Assembly (NCBI GenBank): GCA_944363815.1
Contig: CALVVI010000003.1
Location: 1-32,765, forward strand
Length of the DNA stretch: 32,765 bases
Source: an uncultured Bacilli bacterium
GTDB taxonomy: Bacteria > Bacillota_I > Bacilli_A > RF39 > UBA660
Direction of reading: 5' to 3'
Part shown: positions 1 to 8,122 of the stretch, piece by piece
Layout of the letters: each line of letters opens with the position of its first letter
Numbering within the stretch: position 1 is the first letter of the stretch
The notes under the pieces: generated by a model
Database searches by the model: none
What the model saw: the letters and a program-made list of their open reading frames with translations, nothing else
What the model was told of the DNA's origin: nothing
Program-made: the position numbers and the translations under genes

Positions 1-42
1 AGATGATGTATAAGGTAATGCAATATTTTGCAGATACCTTAT

Positions 43-76
43 CAAGCCCCGTTGCTTGCGGCGGGTTGTAGTTGAC
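43..76 (+). mobile_element. Probable end of an IS200/IS605-family element (subterminal hairpin ending GTAGTTGAC); body of element lies outside the window
   Basis: caagccccgttgcttgcggcgggttgtagttgac: imperfect GC hairpin flanked by AAGCCCC and GTAGTTGAC, resembling IS200/IS605 (tnpB/iscB-associated) ends in Firmicutes. No transposase is visible. Confidence 0.5.
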
Positions 77-87
77 AAAATTTTACA

Positions 88-116
88 TTGCTAAATTTTA
101 TTAAATGTTTTATACT
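88..116 (+). promoter_or_regulatory. sigma-A-like promoter of the DGR target gene
   Basis: TTGCTA (88-93), 17-nt spacer, TATACT (111-116); RBS AAGGAAGGA before the TTG start at 139. Confidence 0.55.
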
Positions 117-138
117 TAACTTAGAGTAAAGGAAGGAT

Positions 139-1632
139 TTGAAAATTATGGAAGTAAAAAATGAGAAAAAAGTATTATGGTTATCATTTCTTGGAGTTTT
201 AACTTTTATAGCAGTAGTAGTGGGAGCAACATATGCTTACTTCCAAGCTCAAGGTGGAGGTAGTGCTAATACTAATGTTAATGTCCAAACTGCCACAACA
301 GATAACTTATCATTTCAAGTGGGAGAGTCTATAAGGTTAACAGCAAATCAAGAAGATTTTGGAAGCGGTGCAGGAAATAAAAGTGGTAGTACTACAGCAA
401 GTGCAACGCTTACAGCAAACAATGCAACTAATAATGCTACAAGGAATTATTATGTATATTTAGATATTACAAGTAATAATTTTGAATATACAACAGTTGA
501 TGACCAAGCAGAATTATTATTAAAAATAACTGATCCAGATGGAACAGAAGTAACGAATATATCTGGTTTAACAAGAAAAACAAGTGGAGGAGTAACAGGA
601 TTTGATATAACAACATCTACAGGACTCATCACAATAGCAGATAATTATGAAATAACATCAACAGGTACAGTAACCCAAGAATGGCAAATAGAAGTAATAT
701 TTGCAAACTTAGATAGTGATCAAAATGCTAATACCGGAAAGTCATTTAGTGCAACATTAATGATACAAGAAGAGGCATATGAATATACATTAGCAGATGT
801 ATGTCCAGATGGAGGGAATTTAGCAAGTTGTATAGCAGATTTAAATACACTAGCAGGAGATGGTGCTGGTAATTTATACTATCACGATGGTATAGGAAGT
901 TATACAAATGCCGATCAAGAAGCGGGTGATTATTCTTATAGATATAGTGGAGCCGATCCAAATAACTATGTATGTTTTGGAGCAACAGGAGCAGATTGTC
1001 AAGATGAAGATAACCAATATCGAATAATCGGGGTATTTAATAATCAAGTCAAACTAATCAAAGCAACAAGTTATGGAAACTATGCATGGGATGCAGATAG
1101 TGTAAATACATGGGATGAAAGTACAAAACCAGATATATATACCACATTAAATGAAACATACTATAATACATTAGGAAATGAATGGCAAAATCTAATAGCA
1201 GAGTCAACTTGGCAAGTCGGAGGAATGGCATTGAGTAGGACAAATACAGCAAAACAATATTATGATGTAGAAGTAGGAACAGGCCAAAGTGGGTATGAAG
1301 AAACAATGAAAATAGGCTTAATGTATGTATCAGATTATGGATATGGGGCAAGTCCAGAAAAATGGACAACAGCGTTATATGCAAACAATTACAGAACACA
1401 TAATTGGCTATATTTAAGTTCATTTGAATGGTTAATTTCCCGTACTACGGCCCGTACTACGGGCGGTACCGATTCTGCGTTCAGCGTGGTTTCCGGCTTC
1501 ATTGGTAGCGTGCTTAGCGGCATTGTGGGCAATTCGTATGTTGTTCGCCCGTCCTTTAGTCTGACATCCACAGCTACAATTTCCAGTGGTACAGGAACAA
1601 GTTCTGATCCATTTGTGTTAAATCTTGGCTAA
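139..1632 (+). CDS. DGR target protein: secreted/surface protein with SipW/TasA-type signal peptide and C-terminal variable (probably CLec-like) domain
   Basis: N-terminal basic + hydrophobic stretch ending GATYAYF. C-terminal motifs IGLMYVSDY...WLISR...VRPSFSL. The 3' end contains the VR matching the TR. Confidence 0.9.
   Translation: MKIMEVKNEKKVLWLSFLGVLTFIAVVVGATYAYFQAQGGGSANTNVNVQTATTDNLSFQVGESIRLTANQEDFGSGAGNKSGSTTASATLTANNATNNATRNYYVYLDITSNNFEYTTVDDQAELLLKITDPDGTEVTNISGLTRKTSGGVTGFDITTSTGLITIADNYEITSTGTVTQEWQIEVIFANLDSDQNANTGKSFSATLMIQEEAYEYTLADVCPDGGNLASCIADLNTLAGDGAGNLYYHDGIGSYTNADQEAGDYSYRYSGADPNNYVCFGATGADCQDEDNQYRIIGVFNNQVKLIKATSYGNYAWDADSVNTWDESTKPDIYTTLNETYYNTLGNEWQNLIAESTWQVGGMALSRTNTAKQYYDVEVGTGQSGYEETMKIGLMYVSDYGYGASPEKWTTALYANNYRTHNWLYLSSFEWLISRTTARTTGGTDSAFSVVSGFIGSVLSGIVGNSYVVRPSFSLTSTATISSGTGTSSDPFVLNLG
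1435..1548 (+). repeat. DGR variable repeat (VR)
   Basis: Aligns to TR 1829-1930. By manual alignment, 22 of 28 substitutions fall at TR adenines, plus one 12-bp duplication. Confidence 0.95.
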
Positions 1633-1638
1633 GCAAAT

Positions 1639-1671
1639 GCTTGTCTACGCGCCGTACGGTGCGAGGCAAGC
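1639..1671 (+). other. GC-rich hairpin downstream of VR (candidate DGR cis-acting hairpin or terminator)
   Basis: gcttgtct-a-cgcgccg-ta-cggtgcg-aggcaagc imperfect inverted repeat just after the target stop codon. Confidence 0.6.
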
Positions 1672-1731
1672 GGGGCATACTTTTTGCTATGAGTGATAAA
1701 GGTTGATAAAATAGATTGATGAAAATTAAAA

Positions 1732-1763
1732 GCCGTGTCTGCACCGTAAGGTGCAGGTGTGGC
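1732..1763 (+). other. Second GC-rich hairpin between VR and TR
   Basis: Perfect stem ctgcacc-GTAA-ggtgcag (1739-1756), extendable with G-T pairs; core similar to the first hairpin. Confidence 0.6.
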
Positions 1764-1828
1764 ATCGCGAAAAATAAATGTCAAATTAAAAAAATTTTGC
1801 TTATTTTTATAGGGTAATCTTGTGATAA

Positions 1829-1930
1829 ATTTCCCGTAATACGGACAATACCGATAATGCGTTTATTGTGAATTCCAACAACGGTGGTAACGTGAATAAC
1901 GACAATGTGAACAATACGAATGCTGTTCGC
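1829..1930 (+). ncRNA. DGR template repeat (TR) within a structured non-coding RNA (~1811-2060)
   Basis: AAC/AAT-rich copy of the VR with no start codon, flanked by stop codons in the VR frame, upstream of avd and RT. Confidence 0.95.
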
Positions 1931-2090
1931 CAGAGTCCTTAACAGTTCTAGAGTTATAAGATTAAGGTTTTATGAAGGATGAGGTTAAGGACAAAGATTA
2001 TCCTTGGGAAACCCCTAAATAAGAAATATAGATGGAAGTGTATACGTACACTTCCTATATACTATATTAATTTAAGAAAGGATAAGCAAA

Positions 2091-2447
2091 ATGAAGAAAT
2101 ATTTAAAATTATATAAAAATGGTAAATTTTATAATGCCTTTGGTGATGATGGAATAATTATCCATTATTTACTTGGCTATAAATATCTAGAATATAAAAA
2201 TTCAGTAGGATTTCCTGTAAGTGCTTATAACAAAGTTATAGGTAGATTACGTAAAATGGAAATTCCTTTTTTAATATATGATAAAGATGTATTAATGGAA
2301 AAAGAAGATGGAATAAGTAAGAAATATAATGAAGTATTAAAGATAGCTTTAAGTAAGTATGATATGGAAAAAAGAGTAAATAGGATAATTGATAAAGTAA
2401 ATAACTGTTCTATTGAAGAACTAGAGGATAAGTTTATAAATGAATGA
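2091..2447 (+). CDS. DGR accessory protein, MutS domain I-like (MSL-type)
   Basis: LYKNGKFYNAFGDDG resembles the GxFYE mismatch-binding motif of MutS-I. Overlaps the avd start. Confidence 0.65.
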   Translation: MKKYLKLYKNGKFYNAFGDDGIIIHYLLGYKYLEYKNSVGFPVSAYNKVIGRLRKMEIPFLIYDKDVLMEKEDGISKKYNEVLKIALSKYDMEKRVNRIIDKVNNCSIEELEDKFINE

Positions 2448-2778
2448 TAAGTTTTTAATAATAAAGTATCTTAAGAAATTTATTATTAGTATAGAAGCTA
2501 TTATAATGACTTTTCCCAAGAAAGATATAATAAGTAGGAATATGATATATAATGACTTATTAGAAGTATTAGAACTTATAATAATGGCTAATTATGAAGT
2601 AAACAAAGATGTTAAACATAATTATCAAATTAAAGCAATTGCTAAAATAAATAAGATAGATTTTTATTTAGAAAGAGCATATAAATTAAAGTATATTAGT
2701 GAAAAACAAGTAATAAATAAAAGTAATGAATTACTTAAAATTAATAAGATGTTATATAAGTGGTGTAGTAATGGATAA
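2440..2778 (+). CDS. avd: Accessory variability determinant (Avd-like four-helix bundle)
   Basis: 112 aa, basic and helical; FPKKD...YLERAYKLKYIS...INKMLYKW pattern typical of Avd/S23-like proteins. Immediately upstream of and overlapping the RT. Confidence 0.85.
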   Translation: MNDKFLIIKYLKKFIISIEAIIMTFPKKDIISRNMIYNDLLEVLELIIMANYEVNKDVKHNYQIKAIAKINKIDFYLERAYKLKYISEKQVINKSNELLKINKMLYKWCSNG

Positions 2779-3832
2779 TATAACTATTAGTAATTTATTA
2801 AGTATTTATGATAAAGAAATAAGTAAGAATGTTAAGAATAAGAGAAAATTATATAATTTTGATGTAAATAAAATGCAAAATATTAGTAATATTAAAAGAA
2901 TGTTAGAAAGTGACAATGTTGGACACGATAAATATAATATATTTTTAATATATGAACCTAAGTGTCGATTAGTAATGTCATTAAGTATTAGAGATAAAAT
3001 AATTAATCATTATGTAACTAGGTATATATTAGAAAATAAATTAACTAAGTATTTAGATGATAGAAATGTTGCAACTAGAAAGAATATGGGAACTGATTAT
3101 GGAATTAGGTTAGTTAAGAAATATTTGATTAAGTTAAAAAGTAAATGTAAGAAGTTTTATATACTTAAACTTGATATAAGTAAGTATTTTTATAATATTG
3201 ATCATAAGGTATTATTAAGTATGTTAGCTGATAAATTAGATAGTAGAGAATATGAATTGATTAAAAGTATTATAGATAGTACTAATAGAGAGTATATTAA
3301 TGTAATAATAAATAATATTAAAGGTAGTAGAGATATACCATTATATGAATATGGTAAAGGTATTCCAATAGGTAATATGACTAGTCAGTTTTTAGCGATA
3401 TATTATTTAAGTAAGTTAGATTACTATATAATACATAATTTACATTTGAAGTATTATGTGAGGTATATGGATGACTTTGTAATAATGAGTGAAGATAAAA
3501 AGTATTTGGAAGAATGTAAGAGGGTAATTATTGATAAATTAAAAATAGAATATAAGTTAGATATTAATAAGAATAAAAGTAATATAGTTAGTTCTAAAGG
3601 TGGATTTAACTTTTTAGGATATGTATTTAAAGTAATAGATGATAAATTGATTATCACGCTTAGAAAATGTAATAGGGAGAAAATTAAGAAGAAGGTTAAG
3701 GAAGTAAGTTATTTAGTAAATAATAATAAACTAAGTTATTATAAAGCATTTTGTACTATTATGAATTATAAATATGGATTTAAGTATGCAAATAATCTTA
3801 AAGTAAGTAGGATAATAAGTAAGTATTTATGA
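2771..3832 (+). CDS. DGR reverse transcriptase
   Basis: Motifs IYEPKCRLV, RDKIINH, LKLDISKYFYNIDH, GIPIGNMTSQ, YVRYMDDFVI, FNFLGY. No maturase or endonuclease extension. Likely start ATG 2771, coupled to the avd stop (ORF track start 2726). Confidence 0.95.
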   Translation: MDNITISNLLSIYDKEISKNVKNKRKLYNFDVNKMQNISNIKRMLESDNVGHDKYNIFLIYEPKCRLVMSLSIRDKIINHYVTRYILENKLTKYLDDRNVATRKNMGTDYGIRLVKKYLIKLKSKCKKFYILKLDISKYFYNIDHKVLLSMLADKLDSREYELIKSIIDSTNREYINVIINNIKGSRDIPLYEYGKGIPIGNMTSQFLAIYYLSKLDYYIIHNLHLKYYVRYMDDFVIMSEDKKYLEECKRVIIDKLKIEYKLDINKNKSNIVSSKGGFNFLGYVFKVIDDKLIITLRKCNREKIKKKVKEVSYLVNNNKLSYYKAFCTIMNYKYGFKYANNLKVSRIISKYL

Positions 3833-4056
3833 AGAATAAGTATTGGTTTTTTAAAAGAATTTATAAGGATTATGTAATAGTATTTGATAATAATATTAGT
3901 TATGGGATAGATAAAGATTTAATAAAATATATTAAATGTAAGGATATTAATTGTGTTATAGTGGATAGGGAATGTAATATTAAAGTAATTGAGTGTAGTA
4001 ATAATAATTATTATAAGTATGTAATAAGGGAAAGTGTGATAAAAATACTTGAATAA
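3829..4056 (+). CDS. Small hypothetical DGR-linked protein, possibly a degenerate MutS-I-like domain
   Basis: ATGA overlap with the RT stop region; KRIYKDYVIVF...SYGID is weakly like the N-terminus of MutS-I. Confidence 0.5.
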   Translation: MKNKYWFFKRIYKDYVIVFDNNISYGIDKDLIKYIKCKDINCVIVDRECNIKVIECSNNNYYKYVIRESVIKILE

Positions 4057-4084
4057 ATTTATGTAATTTGGTATATTATATATG

Positions 4085-4150
4085 TAAGTGTTACCCATAG
4101 TGGTGGGTAGCATCTACTTTGGTGTAGACGCTATTTTAGCGTCTTTTTTC
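4085..4150 (+). ncRNA. Putative antisense (antitoxin) sRNA
   Basis: Promoter TTGAAT (4049-4054)-17-TATATT (4072-4077) with extended TG. Terminator agacgcta-ttt-tagcgtct-TTTTT (4126-4149). Overlaps the 3' end of the minus-strand small ORF. Confidence 0.6.
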
Positions 4151-4216
4151 CTTTATATCAGCTATTAAACTGAGTATAATAATTATCATTACTAAATAAA
4201 ATTCATTATCGTTCAT
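4136..4216 (-). CDS. Putative type I toxin, 26 aa (MNDNEFYLVMIIIILSLIADIKEKRR)
   Basis: Strong RBS GAAAGGGGAGTGAGG; single hydrophobic helix plus basic tail. Promoter TTGTAT (4346-4341)-17-TAGAAT (4323-4318). Confidence 0.7.
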   Translation of the reverse strand: MNDNEFYLVMIIIILSLIADIKEKRR

Positions 4217-4420
4217 GACCTCACTCCCCTTTCACCCTGATCTCCCAAGGTACCCCCTGAGAAAAAGAATTACTCAAAAAGCAAAGTAGACGCTCCCACT
4301 ATGGGTAACGGTTAATTATTCTAAAGTTAAAATATTAAAAATACAAGAAAAATCGTACGACAAAATTCGGCATCATGGACAATTAGAAAAATAACTGATA
4401 TGATTATGGTGGTGGTAATT

Positions 4421-5566
4421 ATGAATGAAAATATGCTTAATCATAATAAATATTTAAGTAAGTATGCAACACTTGATAGTGATGCGATATATTTGCGTGA
4501 TGTAATGAATGATTTTAGAACGCCTTTTTTTAGAGATATAGATAGGATTATATACACACTAGCTTTTACGAGATATAGCGATAAAACCCAAGTATTTTCT
4601 TTTAAGAGTAATGATCACTTAACGAAGAGAATGATTCATGTGCAATATGTCAGTAAGATTGCCAGAACTATCGGAAGAGCGCTTGCTTTAAATGAAGACT
4701 TGATTGAGGCAAGTGCGCTTGGTCATGATTTGGGACATACTCCTTTTGGGCATGTCGGAGAAGAAATTTTAAATAAGATAAGTTTAGATTGTGGTGAAGG
4801 ATATTTTAATCATAATATTCATAGTGTAAGACTTTTAATGTATATCGAAAACTATGGTAAGGGTAAAGATATAACTTTACAAACACTTGATGCTATCATG
4901 TGCCATAATGGAGAACTTCCGCAATCGGAATATCATCCTGTAAAAAAGACGAAAGAAGAATTTTTAAAAGAGTATAAACTAAGTTATAAAGATAAAACTA
5001 TAATAAAAAAACTTAGACCAATGACTTTAGAGGGCTGTGTAGTAAGAATTAGTGATTTGATAGCTTATTTAGGAAGAGATATTGAAGATGCAATGCGTCT
5101 TAATATAGTAAGTTTTAAAGATATTCCTGATAGTATAAAGAAATACTTGGGTAATAATAATCGGGATATAGTAAATTCTTTAATAAATGATGTAATAGAA
5201 AATAGTTTAGATAAGAGTTATATTAAAGTAAGTGATGAAGTATATAATGCAATTGTTGATTTAAAAGATTTTAATTATAAAAATATATATGCTAAGGCTT
5301 ATACAAAAGAAGAAAGAATAAGTTTAGAAAGAATGCTTAATACATTATTTAATTGTTATATGAATGATTTAAAATATAATAATAAAGATTCTAATATTAT
5401 TAAATCATATTTAAGTAATATGAGTGATGAATATAAAAATAGTAATAGTCATGAACGAATAGTAATTGATTATATCGCAGGGATGACGGATGATTATTGC
5501 CGAAGCGAGTATAATAAATATGTAAAACTTGGTAATACTATTAATGAGGTGCAAAATGATTTATAA
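4421..5566 (+). CDS. dgt: Deoxyguanosinetriphosphate triphosphohydrolase-like HD protein
   Basis: RTPFFRDIDRI, KTQVF, GHDLGHTPFGHVGE, DYIAGMTDDY. Start chosen at ATG 4421. Confidence 0.85.
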   Translation: MNENMLNHNKYLSKYATLDSDAIYLRDVMNDFRTPFFRDIDRIIYTLAFTRYSDKTQVFSFKSNDHLTKRMIHVQYVSKIARTIGRALALNEDLIEASALGHDLGHTPFGHVGEEILNKISLDCGEGYFNHNIHSVRLLMYIENYGKGKDITLQTLDAIMCHNGELPQSEYHPVKKTKEEFLKEYKLSYKDKTIIKKLRPMTLEGCVVRISDLIAYLGRDIEDAMRLNIVSFKDIPDSIKKYLGNNNRDIVNSLINDVIENSLDKSYIKVSDEVYNAIVDLKDFNYKNIYAKAYTKEERISLERMLNTLFNCYMNDLKYNNKDSNIIKSYLSNMSDEYKNSNSHERIVIDYIAGMTDDYCRSEYNKYVKLGNTINEVQNDL

Positions 5567-6827
5567 AACATATAAATGTAATTCTTTTAACGTCCATACG
5601 ATTAAGACTGATAAATTTAAAACAAGTCATATGGAAATAGTTTTTCGAAAAAGTGTTGTAAAAGAAGAATTGGGAGCTTATTCATTTTTATTAGATATGT
5701 TATCAGAGACTAGTAAAAATTATCCCAAAAGGCAAGACTTGATAGTAAAACTTGAAGAATTATATAAAACCAGTATTTATGGACTTACTACTAAGACTGG
5801 AAATCTTTTAAATGCTTCACTTATTGTTGATTTTATTAATCCGGATTTGATTGAAGAGGAAAATTACTTAGAAAATGTATTAAAATTGCCTTTCGAGTTA
5901 TTACAACATCCAAATGTTGTAAATGAAGAATTTGATTTAAAACAATTTAATATAATTAAAGAAAGAATAAAAAGGGAAATAAATAGTATTAAAGATAATT
6001 CGTTTAAGTTGGCAATTGGTAATGCTTTTAAAGTGATGGATGAAAGTAGCCCTACAAGTTATTCAATTTTAGGAACTATTGAACAGTTAGATAAAATTAC
6101 ACCGGCATCTTTATATAAAACTTATAAGAATTTATTTAAAAAATGTGTTTGTGATATATATATTATTGGTAATTTAGATATGGATGAGGTAGTGAGTTTA
6201 ATTAAGAAATATTTTAAACATCGTTATATAAACAATGATATTTTTAATTTGGATGTCGATAATCATTTTAGAAAAAAAGAAATTATAAAGACAGAAAAGT
6301 CTGAAAATATTCAAGCTAATATGGTAGTAATATATAATATTGATGCTTTAAGTGAAGAAGAGAAGCATGTAACTTTTCAAGTATTTAATTATATTTTTGG
6401 TAATGGGGGACTTACTAGTAAATTATATAAACAAATTAGGGAAGAAAATAGTTTATGTTATAGTATTAATAGTCTTTATATGAAATATGATAAATTGTTA
6501 GTTATTCATGTTTCGCTTGATAATAAAAATACTAAAAAAGCTGTTTCTTTAATTAAAAAATGTTTAAAAGATATGATTAGTGGGGACTTTAGTTTAGAAG
6601 AGCTGGAAGATGCTAAAATGAATTTAATTATGGCATTAGATTTAGCTAATGATAATAATGTAGCTATCTTAAATAATTATGTATTTAATTATTTGGATAA
6701 TTTACCAGAGATAGATAAAAGGAAAGAAATGTTAAAGCAAGTTAGTAAAGAAGATGTTATAAGGGTCGCTAAAAAACTTAAAATTAATACTGTTTATGTT
6801 TTAGAAGGTGGTGGAGAAAATGCGTGA
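5556..6827 (+). CDS. M16-family peptidase, non-catalytic subunit (YmfF-like)
   Basis: IKTDKFKT N-terminus, SKLYKQIREENSLCYSI, no HxxEH; paired with the downstream catalytic subunit. Confidence 0.8.
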   Translation: MIYKTYKCNSFNVHTIKTDKFKTSHMEIVFRKSVVKEELGAYSFLLDMLSETSKNYPKRQDLIVKLEELYKTSIYGLTTKTGNLLNASLIVDFINPDLIEEENYLENVLKLPFELLQHPNVVNEEFDLKQFNIIKERIKREINSIKDNSFKLAIGNAFKVMDESSPTSYSILGTIEQLDKITPASLYKTYKNLFKKCVCDIYIIGNLDMDEVVSLIKKYFKHRYINNDIFNLDVDNHFRKKEIIKTEKSENIQANMVVIYNIDALSEEEKHVTFQVFNYIFGNGGLTSKLYKQIREENSLCYSINSLYMKYDKLLVIHVSLDNKNTKKAVSLIKKCLKDMISGDFSLEELEDAKMNLIMALDLANDNNVAILNNYVFNYLDNLPEIDKRKEMLKQVSKEDVIRVAKKLKINTVYVLEGGGENA

Positions 6828-8103
6828 GTTAGTACTAGAAGGATTAAATGAGAATATTTATGAATATACCACCAAAACTGGATTAAAAGTATATATGTGG
6901 GTTAATGAAAAAGTAAATAGTTGTTTTATGAGTTTGTCGGTTAAATATGGTTCTTTGCATACTAAATTTAAAGTGGGGGGAAAAGTTTATGAAACTCCAA
7001 ATGGTGTAGCTCACTTTTTAGAACATATTAAATTTAATTTGCAAGATGGCGTAACCGCTCATGATGAATTTTATAAAATTGGGGGAGATTCTAACGCATT
7101 TACAACATTTAAATATACATCTTATGTAGTTTTTGCAACGCAAAAGAAGGAAGAAAATTTAAATTTGTTATTGGATTTCGTCTATAATCCCTATTTTACT
7201 AAAAAAATGATTGCTAAAGAAAAGGGAATTATTATTGAAGAGGCCAATATGAGTAATGATGACCCTTATTCAAAGATTTTTTATGATAACTTAAAAAATG
7301 TTTTACAAAAAAGTAATTATCGCAATCTAATTACTGGGGAAGTTGAAGATATAAAAAATATTAGTTTGGAAGATGTGAAAAATGCTTATAATACTTTTTA
7401 TCATCCGGAAAATATGTTTTTAGTTATTACTGGAAACTTTAATCCTTATGAAATGGCTAAAGTTGTGGAAGATAATTTAACTAAAAAGAGTTTTGTTAAA
7501 TATAAAGATCCAGAAATTATAAAAATAAGTGAACCAAAAAAAGTAACAAATGATTATTTAGAAGAAGAGATGAATATAACTTATCCAAAAGTTAAATACT
7601 CTTTAAAAATACCTGTTAATAAATTTAAAAATATTAATGTCTTAGATTTAAAAATGGCCATAAACTTACTGATGAATATCAATTTTGGAGCAACTAGTGA
7701 TTTTAGATCTGATTTATTATTAAAAGGGCTTATTTCTAGTATGGGATATAGTGTGGATATTTATGAAGAGTATGTAGTTATTACATTAACTTATAGCACT
7801 AATTATTATGAAGAGATAATTAAATTAACAAAAGAAAAATTAGATAATTTAGATGTGAATGATAATGATGTTGTAAGAAAGAGAAATGCAACTGTAGCAA
7901 CATTGATTCTTGATTATGAAGATGTTGAACAAGTAAATTTAAAAATACAGGATGATATAATAAATGAAGGAAAAATAATTGTTGATATGAAAAGGCGGGT
8001 AGCAAATATTAATAAAGAGGTACTTAGCAATCTATTAAAATATATTGGAAATGATAATGTGGCAATAACTGTATTTAAGCCAAAAGAAAACCAAGAAAGT
8101 TAA
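6820..8103 (+). CDS. M16-family zinc peptidase (YmfH-like)
   Basis: GVAHFLEHIKF (HxxEH), NAFTT, KEKGIIIEE, FYHPENM. Confidence 0.85.
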   Translation: MRELVLEGLNENIYEYTTKTGLKVYMWVNEKVNSCFMSLSVKYGSLHTKFKVGGKVYETPNGVAHFLEHIKFNLQDGVTAHDEFYKIGGDSNAFTTFKYTSYVVFATQKKEENLNLLLDFVYNPYFTKKMIAKEKGIIIEEANMSNDDPYSKIFYDNLKNVLQKSNYRNLITGEVEDIKNISLEDVKNAYNTFYHPENMFLVITGNFNPYEMAKVVEDNLTKKSFVKYKDPEIIKISEPKKVTNDYLEEEMNITYPKVKYSLKIPVNKFKNINVLDLKMAINLLMNINFGATSDFRSDLLLKGLISSMGYSVDIYEEYVVITLTYSTNYYEEIIKLTKEKLDNLDVNDNDVVRKRNATVATLILDYEDVEQVNLKIQDDIINEGKIIVDMKRRVANINKEVLSNLLKYIGNDNVAITVFKPKENQES

Positions 8104-8118
8104 ATTTTTCTTGGTTTT
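8087..8118. terminator. Bidirectional terminator between the peptidase gene and rpsD
   Basis: aaaaccaagaaa...tttcttggtttt inverted repeat between convergent genes. Confidence 0.6.
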
Positions 8119-8122
8119 AATA

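Noticed and set aside
450-1765. Short minus-strand ORFs in the target gene, and similar shadow ORFs elsewhere (e.g. 13960-14289, 25993-26433, 30529-30918, 32109-32757)
   Set aside because: Antisense shadows of well-supported genes, with no motifs.
2771-3832. Group II intron, retron or Abi RT
   Set aside because: Short RT without maturase/endonuclease domain, adjacent avd, and a TR/VR pair with adenine-biased mismatches identify a DGR.
139-4056. DGR as part of a prophage
   Set aside because: No phage genes in the window and housekeeping genes follow directly; sequence left of the window is unseen, so this is not fully excluded.
4355-4372. Spo0A boxes (TACGACA, TTCGGCA) upstream of dgt
   Set aside because: Short 7-mers that can occur by chance; no supporting context.
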